The position numbers and the translations under genes are program-made. Source: an uncultured Planctomycetales bacterium (GTDB lineage Bacteria; Planctomycetota; Phycisphaerae; SM23-33). Taken from it: 64,000 nucleotides of DNA. The notes below the pieces were generated by a model. The model was not told the origin of the DNA. It saw only the letters and a list, made by a program, of their open reading frames with translations, and made no database searches. Location of the stretch: assembly GCA_965602635.1 (NCBI GenBank), contig CBFCZU010000001.1, positions 3,522-67,521 on the forward strand, given 5' to 3'. Every line of letters begins with the position of its first letter. The first letter of the stretch is position 1. This document shows, in pieces, positions 9,457 to 18,383 of this stretch.

Positions 9457-10542
9457 ATGCAAAGGCGACCTTCGACGATACTGGCGGCCGCCGGGGTGTT
9501 CCTGCTGGCGGCGATGCTGGTGCACCTGGTGCTCCAGACCCGTCCCCGGCAGCTCGCCTATCAGCCGCGGGAGGTGATGGGCACCCACTGCCTGCTGATG
9601 GCCGCCGGCTCGCGCCGCCGGGTCGATCTGAAGAAGGCGCTGAAGGCCGCCGAGGCCGAGCTACGGCGGGTCGAGGCGCTGATGAGCGTCTACCTCGCCG
9701 ACTCCCAACTGTCGCGGCTGAACTCGGCCCCGTCCGCCGAGGCCGTGGAACTCGCCCCGGAGCTGATCGGCCTGCTGCGGCGGTCGCGCGAGCTGACCGA
9801 CAGGACGCGCGGGGCATTCGACGTGACCTGCTTGCCCATCATCCGCCTGCGCAAGGCCGCCGCCGAGTCGAACAGCGACCCCGACGACCAGGCCCGGGGC
9901 AAGGCCCTGGCCCTGGCCGGTTGGCGGCACTTCCGCCTCGCGGGCGACTCCGTGACCAAGCTCGAGGCCAAGGCCGGTATCGACCTGGGCGCCGTCGCCA
10001 AGGGCTATGGCGTGGACCGGGCCGTCGAGGCGCTCAAACAGGCCGGGGCCAGCGGCGCCCTGGTGGAGGTCGGCGGCGACATCCGCTGCTTCGGCACCAC
10101 GGCCTGGAAGGAGCCTTGGCCGGTGCGCCTGCAAAGCCCGTTCGGGGAGGATCTGCTGCTCACGCTTTCGCTGACGGACAAGGCCGTCGCCACGAGCGGC
10201 GACTACCGGCGGTTCACCATTGTCGAAGGCAAGCGTTACAGCCACGTTGTCGATCCGCGCACCGCCCGACCGGTGGAGGGGTCCAGCTCGGTGACGGTGA
10301 TCGCCGACGACGCGACCACCGCCGACGCATGGGCGACGGCCCTGAGCGTGCTGGGGCAGGGCGGGCTCGAGCTGGCCGAGGCCGAGGGGCTCGAGGTGCT
10401 GATGATCCTCGGCCCGCCGGACGACTGCCGCGTCGTGCTCACGCCGGGGTTCCGCCGGTTCGTCTCGGAGGGCTGGCCCGTGCGGGCGGCGACCGCGCCG
10501 GCCGCAACTGACACCAGGCCGGGGGCGGGAAACAGCCCATGA
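9457..10542 (+). CDS. apbE: FAD:protein FMN transferase (ApbE family)
   Basis: 361 aa; N-terminal signal/TM anchor; ApbE motifs …GAVAKGYGVD…, …SHVVDPRTARP…, …TADAWATALSVLG…. Its stop overlaps the next start (ATGA). Confidence 0.85.
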   Translation: MQRRPSTILAAAGVFLLAAMLVHLVLQTRPRQLAYQPREVMGTHCLLMAAGSRRRVDLKKALKAAEAELRRVEALMSVYLADSQLSRLNSAPSAEAVELAPELIGLLRRSRELTDRTRGAFDVTCLPIIRLRKAAAESNSDPDDQARGKALALAGWRHFRLAGDSVTKLEAKAGIDLGAVAKGYGVDRAVEALKQAGASGALVEVGGDIRCFGTTAWKEPWPVRLQSPFGEDLLLTLSLTDKAVATSGDYRRFTIVEGKRYSHVVDPRTARPVEGSSSVTVIADDATTADAWATALSVLGQGGLELAEAEGLEVLMILGPPDDCRVVLTPGFRRFVSEGWPVRAATAPAATDTRPGAGNSP

Positions 10543-11936
10543 AGCGAACCTGGCGGGCATTGCCTCTGACGGTTGTCTGTGCGATGGCGCTCGGGGCGGC
10601 GGCGTCGCGGGCGGACGTGGCCTCGGAGGTCCGCGCCGCGACGGGGGCGCGGACGCGCATAGTCTGGTGCCGCGACGCCGGCAACGGGGCCGACGCATTC
10701 GCCCGCGGTGACAAGCTCCAGTTGGTGGGCTTCGACAGCCACGACGGACGGGGCGTCCGCACGATCCTCGACCGCCCGGCAAACTACGCCAAGCCGATGA
10801 TCGCACCCAAGGGAGATCGGGTCGTCTTCTCCGATCGCCTCCGGGGCAAGGTCTTCGTGGTCAACTTCGACGGCACCGGCCTGCGCGAGCTGGTGGGCGG
10901 CTTCGCCCTGGACGTCTGGGCCGAGCCCAAGACCGACCGGCTGTGGGTGTACGTCAAGACCGGCAAGGCCGAGCGGAAATCCCCCATCCGCCGCTACCGG
11001 ATCGATCGCCCGGGCGCGGGGGAGCTTGTCTGGGACAAGTCGGCGACGGACCTCGACAGCTTTCAGCTCTCGGCCGATGGGACGCGCGGCGGCGGGCAGT
11101 TCCCCTGGCCGGCGTGCGGGCTGGCGGCGCTGCCCAACCGCTCCTTCAAGCAGTTCGGCCGGGGGTGCTGGACCGCCCTGGCGCCCGACAACAGCTACCT
11201 GCTGTGGTATTTCGACGGGGTCCACCGCAACCTCACGATCCACGCCCCAACCGGGCGGCGGATCGCGAAGATCGCCATCAACTCCGCCCCCGGCATCAGC
11301 GGATACGAGGTCTACCACCCGCGGTGGAGCAACCACGTCCGCTTCATGACCATGACCGGCCCTTACAAGGTCGGGCGGGGCGCCGACCGGATTCGCGGAG
11401 GCGGCACGGACGTCGAGGTATATCTCGGGCGGTTCAGCAAGACGCTCACCGACGTCGAGAAGTGGGTCCGCATCACCTACGACAGGAAGGGCGACTTCTT
11501 CCCCGACGCGTGGGTCGAGCCCGGCAAGGGGCCTCACGAGAACGCCTACGCCGCGCCGAAGCCGACCATCGGGCCGACTACCTCCCGGCCGGCGACCAAG
11601 CGCAAGAAGCCCGAGCGGGTCGTCGTCCGCGCCAGGCTTGTCTCGGTCACCGCCACGCCAGAGCCCAGGAGCATACTGCCGTATCGCCGGGCGCTGGTGG
11701 CCTACGGCTACGAGGTGGTGGAGGTCGTCTCCGGCAAGTGCCCCGACAGGAAGATCCTGGCCGCCCACTGGTGCATCGTGGACGGCAAGGTTCAGCCGGT
11801 CGCCGGCCTCAAGCCGGGCGTAACCCGGCGGCTGACGCTCGAGCTGTTCGACGAGAAGCCCGAGCTGGAGAGCGAGCGACTCATCATGCACCCGGCTCAG
11901 TTGGACATGCCGCTGTACTATGACGTGGGCAAGTGA
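10539..11936 (+). CDS. secreted protein with TolB-like beta-propeller region; unknown function
   Basis: 465 aa; signal peptide MKRTWRALPLTVVCAMALGAAASRA; propeller-like repeats; translationally coupled to apbE. Confidence 0.55.
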   Translation: MKRTWRALPLTVVCAMALGAAASRADVASEVRAATGARTRIVWCRDAGNGADAFARGDKLQLVGFDSHDGRGVRTILDRPANYAKPMIAPKGDRVVFSDRLRGKVFVVNFDGTGLRELVGGFALDVWAEPKTDRLWVYVKTGKAERKSPIRRYRIDRPGAGELVWDKSATDLDSFQLSADGTRGGGQFPWPACGLAALPNRSFKQFGRGCWTALAPDNSYLLWYFDGVHRNLTIHAPTGRRIAKIAINSAPGISGYEVYHPRWSNHVRFMTMTGPYKVGRGADRIRGGGTDVEVYLGRFSKTLTDVEKWVRITYDRKGDFFPDAWVEPGKGPHENAYAAPKPTIGPTTSRPATKRKKPERVVVRARLVSVTATPEPRSILPYRRALVAYGYEVVEVVSGKCPDRKILAAHWCIVDGKVQPVAGLKPGVTRRLTLELFDEKPELESERLIMHPAQLDMPLYYDVGK

Positions 11937-12035
11937 CGGGTAAGTGATTTTGGGACCGCCAGAGGAGTAACGCCGCCGGCACCGGGCTCGCGTCGAGCCG
12001 CCGGGCCGCCGGCCAACCGATCAAGCGGATAGCGG

Positions 12036-13490
12036 ATGGTATTCAGCTCTCACCTGTTCATGTTCTACTTCCTGCCTCTGGCGCTGGTCGTTTACTACGT
12101 GCTGCCGCGGCGGGGCAAGCACCTGGCGCTGACGGTGCTGAGCTACGGCTTCTACGGCTGGGCCAACCCGCTGTTCATGGTGCTGATGCTCGCCTCCACG
12201 GCGGTGGACTATTTCTGCGGCCTGGTGATCTCGGGCGCCCGGCCGTGGGGGCGGGAACCCATCGGGCAGCTCGCCGCCGGCGGGCCGCGCCGCCGGACGC
12301 AGAAGGTCGCCCTGGCCGTGTCCATCTGCTCTAACCTCGCGCTGCTGGGGTTCTTCAAGTACTTCAACTTCTCCCTGGCCAACTACAACGCCGCGGCCGC
12401 CGCCCTGGGAATGCAGGGGCTGAACCTCGACCTGGCATTCAAGGTGACGCTGCCGCTGGGGATCAGCTTCTACACCTTCCAGTCGATGAGCTATTCCATC
12501 GACGTGTACCGCGGCGGCGCACGGGCGGTCCGCAGCTTCATCGACTTCGCCTGCTACGTCTCCATGTTCCCGCAGCTCGTGGCCGGGCCCATCATCCGCT
12601 TCGCCGAGGTGGCCGATCAGCTCCAGCAGCGCACCCACACCCTCGAGAAGTTCGCCCGCGGGGCCGCCTTCGTGTCACTGGGGCTGGCCAAGAAGGTCCT
12701 GCTGGCCAATCCCTGCGGCAAGGTCGCCGACCTGGCCTTCGGCGCCGCGAGCGTCTCGGCGCCCGACGCCTGGTACGGCGCGGCCGCCTACGCCTTCCAG
12801 ATATACTTCGACTTCAGCGCCTATTCCGACATGGCCATCGGCATGGGGCTGATTCTCGGATTCGTGTTCCCCAAGAACTTCGACTCGCCATACCTGGCCG
12901 GGTCGATCACCGAGTTCTGGCGGCGGTGGCACATGTCGCTGTCCAGTTGGATGCGCGACTACCTCTACATCCCTCTGGGCGGCAGCCGCAAAGGCCGCGC
13001 CCGAACCTACGCCAACATCGCCGTCGTCATGCTGCTGGGCGGGCTGTGGCACGGGGCGGCGTGGAACTTCGTCATCTGGGGCGGGATGCACGCCGCCCTC
13101 CTGGCGGCCGAGCGCGTCGCGGGAAAGCGCAGCCTCTACCACCGGCTGCCTCGCCCGGGGAGGATCGCGGTGACCTTCGTGATCCTGCTGTTCACCTGGG
13201 TGTTCTTCCGCGCCGACTCGCTGCCAGCGGCGCTGGCCTACTGCGGCAGCATGCTCGGCCTGGCCCCGGCCGGCGAATCGGCCAGGTTGCTGGCGGGCGT
13301 CATGTACCAGCCGTACTACCTGGGCACGTTCGCGATCGCGGCAGTGGTCGCCTGGGCCGCCCCCCAGACGTGGGACTTCACCAGGAGGTTGACCGCCCCC
13401 AGGGCCGTGGCGGTACTGGCGGCCCTCGCGGCGGCGCTGATCGTGCTCGCGACGCAGGCGTACAACCCGTTCATATACTTCATCTTCTAG
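12036..13490 (+). CDS. MBOAT-family membrane O-acyltransferase (AlgI/PatA/DltB-like)
   Basis: 484 aa; conserved MBOAT block …FWRRWHMSLSSWMRDYLYIPLGGSRKG… with the catalytic His region …GGLWHGAAWNFVIWGGMHA…. Confidence 0.85.
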   Translation: MVFSSHLFMFYFLPLALVVYYVLPRRGKHLALTVLSYGFYGWANPLFMVLMLASTAVDYFCGLVISGARPWGREPIGQLAAGGPRRRTQKVALAVSICSNLALLGFFKYFNFSLANYNAAAAALGMQGLNLDLAFKVTLPLGISFYTFQSMSYSIDVYRGGARAVRSFIDFACYVSMFPQLVAGPIIRFAEVADQLQQRTHTLEKFARGAAFVSLGLAKKVLLANPCGKVADLAFGAASVSAPDAWYGAAAYAFQIYFDFSAYSDMAIGMGLILGFVFPKNFDSPYLAGSITEFWRRWHMSLSSWMRDYLYIPLGGSRKGRARTYANIAVVMLLGGLWHGAAWNFVIWGGMHAALLAAERVAGKRSLYHRLPRPGRIAVTFVILLFTWVFFRADSLPAALAYCGSMLGLAPAGESARLLAGVMYQPYYLGTFAIAAVVAWAAPQTWDFTRRLTAPRAVAVLAALAAALIVLATQAYNPFIYFIF

Positions 13491-13529
13491 TCCACGAACT
13501 ACAGTCCACGAATTACACGAATTGCACGA

Positions 13530-15275
13530 ATGACAACAACGAAGGCCATGTCGGCGGGCGGGAACCCGGGCGAGAAGAAGCGGCAATTGAGTCGCAAGGA
13601 GATCGCGCTGGCTGAGCTTGGGCGAACGGCCGTCTCCCGGCCGGTGGCGTGGGCGATCGCGTGCGCCTTTGTCGGCGCGATCTTCTCGGTCTCCATCGCC
13701 CAGCACGTTCACGAGGTGGCCGCGCACCTTGCCGGGCGGCGCGACTCGCCCCTGCCGGGCTGCCTGGGCATCTTCATCTCCGGCCCGCGGGCGGTCGCCT
13801 CGGCCAGAGCCAAGCCAGGGCCCCTGGGCGGGCTCCGCGGCCGCAACGCCGCCCTGATGCGGGAGATCGATCGCTACGAGGACGCCCTGGAGGCCGATTC
13901 CGTCGTCGCCGGGGCACTCATTGGGCCCGCCCAGGCGGTGCTGACAGGCCGGCTGGGCGCGGGAAACGAGCAGGCCTACGTCGGGCGCGACGGGTGGCTG
14001 TTCTACCGCCCGGGGGTGGACTACCTGACCGCCCCGGGCTTCCTCGAGCCCGCCTGGCTCGCCCGCCGCGGCGAGGAGGGCGACGAGTGGACGCCGCCCC
14101 CGCAGCCGGACCCGCGAAAGGCCATCCTCCAGTTCCACGGGCAGCTCGCCGCTCGCGGCATCCGGCTGATAATCGTGCCCGCTCCGGCCAAGGCGGCGAT
14201 CCACCCGGAGAAGTTCTCCGCCCGCTGCGACGGGAGCGAGGCGCCGCGGAACCCCTCGCAGGGGCAGTTCAAGAGGGAGCTGGCGGCGGCGGGGGTGCTG
14301 GTCTTCGACCCGGCCGAGGCGCTGCTGGCCGCCAAGCGCCGCACCGCCCAGCCGCAGTTCCTCGAAAACGACACGCACTGGAGGCCTGAGGCGATGGAGC
14401 TTGTCGCCGAGGCCCTGAAGGCCTTCATCGACGAGCGCGTCAAGCTGCCGCCCGCGCCCCCGGCCGGCTACAAGCGCGACGCGGCGGAGATCGCCAACCT
14501 CGGCGACATCGCCGTCATGCTCAACCTGCCCAAGGGACAGACGATCTACCGCCCCCAGAAGGTCCGCATCCACCAGGTCCTGACAAAGCGCCACGAGCTT
14601 TGGAGCCCGAGCCGCTCGGCCGACGTGCTCGTGCTGGGCGACAGCTTTGCCAACGTCTATTCGCTGGAGACGATGGGCTGGGGCGACTCGGCCGGGCTCA
14701 TCGAGCAGCTCAGCTTCGTCATGCAGCGCCCGCTGGACCGCATCGCCCGCAACGACGACGGGGCCTTCGCCACCCGGCTGACCCTCAGCCGCCGGCTCGC
14801 CCGCGGGGACGATCGACTGGCGGGCAAGCGGCTGGTGATCTGGCAGTTCGCCGCCCGGGAGCTTGCCTTCGGCGACTGGAGGCTGCTGCCGATGACGCTC
14901 GGAAAGGCCGGGGACAGGCGGGTCATCGTGCCCGAATCCGGAGGGGAGATGGTCGTCAGCGGTACCATCGCGGCGATCTCCGCCGCGCCCAAGCCGGCCC
15001 GCGTGCCGTACCGCGACCACATCCTGGCCGTCCACGTGACCGACCTGGAAGGCGAGAAAGGCCCGATCCCCGACGCCGAGGCCGTCGTATACATGTGGAG
15101 CATGCGGGAGAAGGTGCTCACGCCCGCCGCGAGGTACCGCCCGGGCAGGCGGATCAAGCTGAGACTGCGGCCCTGGGGCGACTTGGGCGAGACATTCCGA
15201 AAGATCAACCGCAGCGAACTGGACGACGAGGAACTGACGCTCGAAGAGCCGTGCTGGGGCGAGGAGGTGAAATGA
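13530..15275 (+). CDS. AlgJ/AlgX-like SGNH O-acetyltransferase, membrane-anchored paralog
   Basis: 581 aa; N-terminal signal anchor (…VAWAIACAFVGAIFSVSIA…); DTHW motif (…FLENDTHWRPEAM…) and GDSF (…VLVLGDSFANVY…), as in AlgJ/AlgX/PatB. Confidence 0.7.
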   Translation: MTTTKAMSAGGNPGEKKRQLSRKEIALAELGRTAVSRPVAWAIACAFVGAIFSVSIAQHVHEVAAHLAGRRDSPLPGCLGIFISGPRAVASARAKPGPLGGLRGRNAALMREIDRYEDALEADSVVAGALIGPAQAVLTGRLGAGNEQAYVGRDGWLFYRPGVDYLTAPGFLEPAWLARRGEEGDEWTPPPQPDPRKAILQFHGQLAARGIRLIIVPAPAKAAIHPEKFSARCDGSEAPRNPSQGQFKRELAAAGVLVFDPAEALLAAKRRTAQPQFLENDTHWRPEAMELVAEALKAFIDERVKLPPAPPAGYKRDAAEIANLGDIAVMLNLPKGQTIYRPQKVRIHQVLTKRHELWSPSRSADVLVLGDSFANVYSLETMGWGDSAGLIEQLSFVMQRPLDRIARNDDGAFATRLTLSRRLARGDDRLAGKRLVIWQFAARELAFGDWRLLPMTLGKAGDRRVIVPESGGEMVVSGTIAAISAAPKPARVPYRDHILAVHVTDLEGEKGPIPDAEAVVYMWSMREKVLTPAARYRPGRRIKLRLRPWGDLGETFRKINRSELDDEELTLEEPCWGEEVK

Positions 15276-16390
15276 TTCACCGGCTCCTCTTGACCTGCCT
15301 GGCGGCGGCGGCTCTGGCCGCCGGCGAGCGCGGGCCTGCAAGCCGGCCCGCGACGGCCCCGGCCGTGGTCGAGCCCGAGGCCGCCCGCGCCTTCCGCGCC
15401 CTCTGCGCCGCCAAGGCCGCCGCCGCGGAAAAGGCCGGCAACTTCACAGCCGCCGGCAGGGACGAGTGGCTCTTCTTCGGTCCGGAGCTGCGCCACCTGG
15501 GCATCGGGACCTTCTGGGGCGGCGCGGCGGCGAAGGTCTCGCTGGCGTCAAAGAGCGACTGGGCCGACCCGATCGGGGCCATCCTCGACTTCAAGGCCCA
15601 ACTCGACCGCCTGGGCGTCGAGCTGATCTTCCTGCCCGTCCCGCCCAAGGCGATCATCTACCCCGACAAGCTTTCCGATAAGGTCGCCGTCGGCAAGGAC
15701 GGGATGCCGCCCCGGCTGGACACGCATCTCCGCGCGTTCTACAGGCTTCTCCGGGCCAGGGGGGTGGACGTCCTGGACCTGACCGACGAGTTCCGCAGGC
15801 AGCGGAAGCGCCTGGGCGGGAAGCGCAAGCTCTACTGCCAGTCTGACACGCACTGGTCGCCGACGGCCTGCTGGGTCGCGGCCCGGGCCATCCGCCGGCA
15901 CATCAAGGCGCGACCGTGGTTTGTAAAGCTCGCGCCGAAGAAAGGGCCGTTCTCTTTCTCCGGGCGGAAGATCACCATCCACGGCGACCTCTGGCGGATG
16001 CTGGGCCGAGAAGCATCCGCCAGGGAGACGCTCACCGCCCGCTACGTCTGGTACACCAATGACAAGGACCGCAAGGGCGTGCCGGACGACCGGAGCAGCC
16101 CCATCCTGCTGCTGGGCGACAGCCACTGCCTGGTCTTCCACGGCGGCAAGGAGATGCACGCCGCGGGCTCGGGCCTGGCCGATCACCTGGCCTGGGAGGC
16201 GCACAGGCCGATAGACGTGCTCGGCGTTCGCGGCTCCGGGGCCACGGCCTCGCGGATCAGCCTCTACCGGCGCGGGCGGCGCAGCGAGGGCTACCTTGCC
16301 GGCAAGAAGCTCATCATCTGGTGCCTGTCGGCCCGCGAATTCACCGAGGCCGACGGGTGGCGAAAGGTGCCGCTGGTCAAGCCCATGTAG
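15272..16390 (+). CDS. AlgX/AlgJ-like SGNH O-acetyltransferase, periplasmic paralog
   Basis: 372 aa; GAGGAGG RBS and ATGA overlap with the previous gene; cleavable signal MIHRLLLTCLAAAALAAG; …LYCQSDTHWSPTA… and …LLLGDSHCLVFHGG… motifs. Confidence 0.7.
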   Translation: MIHRLLLTCLAAAALAAGERGPASRPATAPAVVEPEAARAFRALCAAKAAAAEKAGNFTAAGRDEWLFFGPELRHLGIGTFWGGAAAKVSLASKSDWADPIGAILDFKAQLDRLGVELIFLPVPPKAIIYPDKLSDKVAVGKDGMPPRLDTHLRAFYRLLRARGVDVLDLTDEFRRQRKRLGGKRKLYCQSDTHWSPTACWVAARAIRRHIKARPWFVKLAPKKGPFSFSGRKITIHGDLWRMLGREASARETLTARYVWYTNDKDRKGVPDDRSSPILLLGDSHCLVFHGGKEMHAAGSGLADHLAWEAHRPIDVLGVRGSGATASRISLYRRGRRSEGYLAGKKLIIWCLSAREFTEADGWRKVPLVKPM

Positions 16391-16565
16391 CCGGCAGGCG
16401 GGGTGCATTAAGGTTTTGGGGGTACTGACCGCGGTGGCACACCTGCCTGCCGGTCAGGCAGGGGTTTCCAACCTGTGCGCCTGGACAGCCGGGCGCGTGC
16501 ACAGGCTACAAGCCTGTGCCACCAGAGCCCCATCCCCAAAACCTTAATGCACCCCCGGCAGGCGG
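16391..16565. mobile_element. MITE-like element: 11-bp direct repeats (ccggcaggcgg) flanking 21-22 bp terminal inverted repeats (gggtgcattaaggttttgggg) around a ~110-bp hairpin-rich core
   Basis: Seen directly: left DR 16391-16401 and left TIR 16402-16422; right TIR 16534-16554 and right DR 16555-16565. Internal perfect hairpins include CAGGCTacaaAGCCTG and cctgcctg…caggcagg. Confidence 0.55.
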
Positions 16566-16599
16566 TTTGGGCTTGCCTCGGGCGGCGTCCTGGGGGACA

Positions 16600-18333
16600 A
16601 TGTCTGTGAGGGAAAGAGGGCCGGGAATGTCCGCGCGACCTGACAGGAAGAGGCGTGCCAAACGAGGCCCGTCGCGCGTCCAGGCCGCCCTTCGACGGGC
16701 CCGCGTGCGTTGGGGGCTGAACCTGTTGCTCCAACACGCGGCCGTGGGTCTGCTGGCGGCCGGGCTGGCGGTCGCCTTGGCCGTCGCGGCCGAGCGGACG
16801 ATGGCCGTCACCGTCGTGAACCTCTGGACGGCCGCCGCCCTTGGCGGGGCGGTCGTCCTGGCCACCGTGGGGTGGTGGTATCTGACCTTTCCCAGCCGGA
16901 TGCGCGTCGCCGTGATGGTCGATGAGCGCCTGGGCCTGCGCGAGCGATTCAGCACAACCCTGGCATTTGCCGGCAGCGCCGACCCGTTCGCCGAGGCGGC
17001 CCGGTCCGAGGCCCGGGGGAAGGCGGCCCGCCTCCGGCTGCGGGAGCGGTTCCCGATACGCCTGTCGCGCCGGTGGGCGCTGACGGCCACGGCGTGGGCG
17101 ATCGCCGCGGCGGTCATCGCCTTCCTGCCGACGATGGACCTGCTGGGCAGCCTGGCGCAGCGACTCCGCCAGGAGCAGCGGCAGACCCAGCTCTCCGAGG
17201 CCCGCGCCGAGGTCCGCCAAGCGGCCCAGGCCGTCCAGGCGAAGGTCGGCGAGCTGGGCGACGCCGAACTCACTGAGGACCTGGCGGGCCTGGAACGGAT
17301 CGAGGCCGCCCAGGGCAGCGACGTCCGCCGCCAGGCCATCCGCAAGCTCGGCGATCTCTCCGAGCTGCTCAAGAAGAAGCTCTCCGCCGATGAGCTGGCG
17401 GCGACCCATGCAATGCGGCAGATGCTCAAGGGCCTGCGCGGCTCCCGCGAGGCGCTGTCCCGCGAGCTGAGCAGGGCCCTTGCCAAGGGAGACTTCGCCG
17501 CCGCGGCCGAGATGGTCAAACAGCTCCAGAAGAAGCTCGCCGAAGGCAAGCTGTCTGACCAGGAGGCCCAGGCCATGGCCAAGCAGTTGGCCGATCTCGG
17601 CAAGCAGCTTGACGACTTGGCCGAGAAGCAGAAGGAGGCCGAGAAGCTCCTCGAGCAGGAGGGGCTGGACAAGAAGCTCGCGAAGATGGGCCAGAAGGAC
17701 TTGCGGCAGGCGCTCAAGGACAAGGGGCTCAGCGACGAGGAGATCGAGAAGCTGATGCGCAAACTCGCCGCCTGCAAGGCTGCCTGTGAGAACTGCCGCG
17801 GCCTGGCCGAGGCCCTCGCCGGGGCGGGCGAGGGCATGACGCTGACGCCCGAGGAGCTCGCCGAGCTGCTCGACCGGCTCGAGGAGCTTGATGCGGTCGC
17901 CGGCAAGCTGGAGGCGGCCCAGGACTCGCTGGAGGAGATCGAGCGTGCAATCGCACTGCTGGGCGAGGGCGACTGCGAGGGGGGGGGGGCCGGCGACTGG
18001 CGGCCGGGGCTGGCTCTGGTGCAGGGCCGGGGCACCGGCGGGCCCGGCCGAGGGGCCGGTCCTCGCAAGGAGGACCCCAGCGGCCTGACGGGCACGAAGG
18101 CGACTCGCAGCCCCTCCCAGACCGGCAAGGGCAAGATCATCGCCGCCTCGTACTTCAAAGGCCGGCAGGTCAAGGGGGAGTCGAAGAAGGACTTCGCCAG
18201 GGTCGCCCAGGCAGCCAGGGACCGGGCCGCCGACGCCATCGACGAGAACAAGATTCCCCGGAAGTACGCCCCGGCCGTGAAGGACTATTTCGACAAGTTC
18301 AATAGGTCCGGCGGCCGAGAGAAGCCGCAGTGA
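16600..18333 (+). CDS. membrane-anchored coiled-coil protein, unknown function
   Basis: Two N-terminal TM helices, then a long Ala/Glu/Lys/Leu-rich coiled-coil (…KQLADLGKQLDDLAEKQKEAEKLLEQE…) and a Gly-rich C-terminal region. Start moved from the ORF-track 16516 to ATG 16600 because the upstream part overlaps the MITE. Confidence 0.5.
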   Translation: MSVRERGPGMSARPDRKRRAKRGPSRVQAALRRARVRWGLNLLLQHAAVGLLAAGLAVALAVAAERTMAVTVVNLWTAAALGGAVVLATVGWWYLTFPSRMRVAVMVDERLGLRERFSTTLAFAGSADPFAEAARSEARGKAARLRLRERFPIRLSRRWALTATAWAIAAAVIAFLPTMDLLGSLAQRLRQEQRQTQLSEARAEVRQAAQAVQAKVGELGDAELTEDLAGLERIEAAQGSDVRRQAIRKLGDLSELLKKKLSADELAATHAMRQMLKGLRGSREALSRELSRALAKGDFAAAAEMVKQLQKKLAEGKLSDQEAQAMAKQLADLGKQLDDLAEKQKEAEKLLEQEGLDKKLAKMGQKDLRQALKDKGLSDEEIEKLMRKLAACKAACENCRGLAEALAGAGEGMTLTPEELAELLDRLEELDAVAGKLEAAQDSLEEIERAIALLGEGDCEGGGAGDWRPGLALVQGRGTGGPGRGAGPRKEDPSGLTGTKATRSPSQTGKGKIIAASYFKGRQVKGESKKDFARVAQAARDRAADAIDENKIPRKYAPAVKDYFDKFNRSGGREKPQ

Positions 18334-18383
18334 CACCCCAGGCCCGCCCTGCCGGGCCCAGCCATCCGCCGGAGGTCCGATCA

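Noticed and set aside
16516-16599. N-terminal 28 residues of the ORF-track 16516-18333 protein
   Set aside because: This stretch is encoded by the right half of the MITE-like element, including its TIR and target-site duplication. The real gene most likely starts at ATG 16600.
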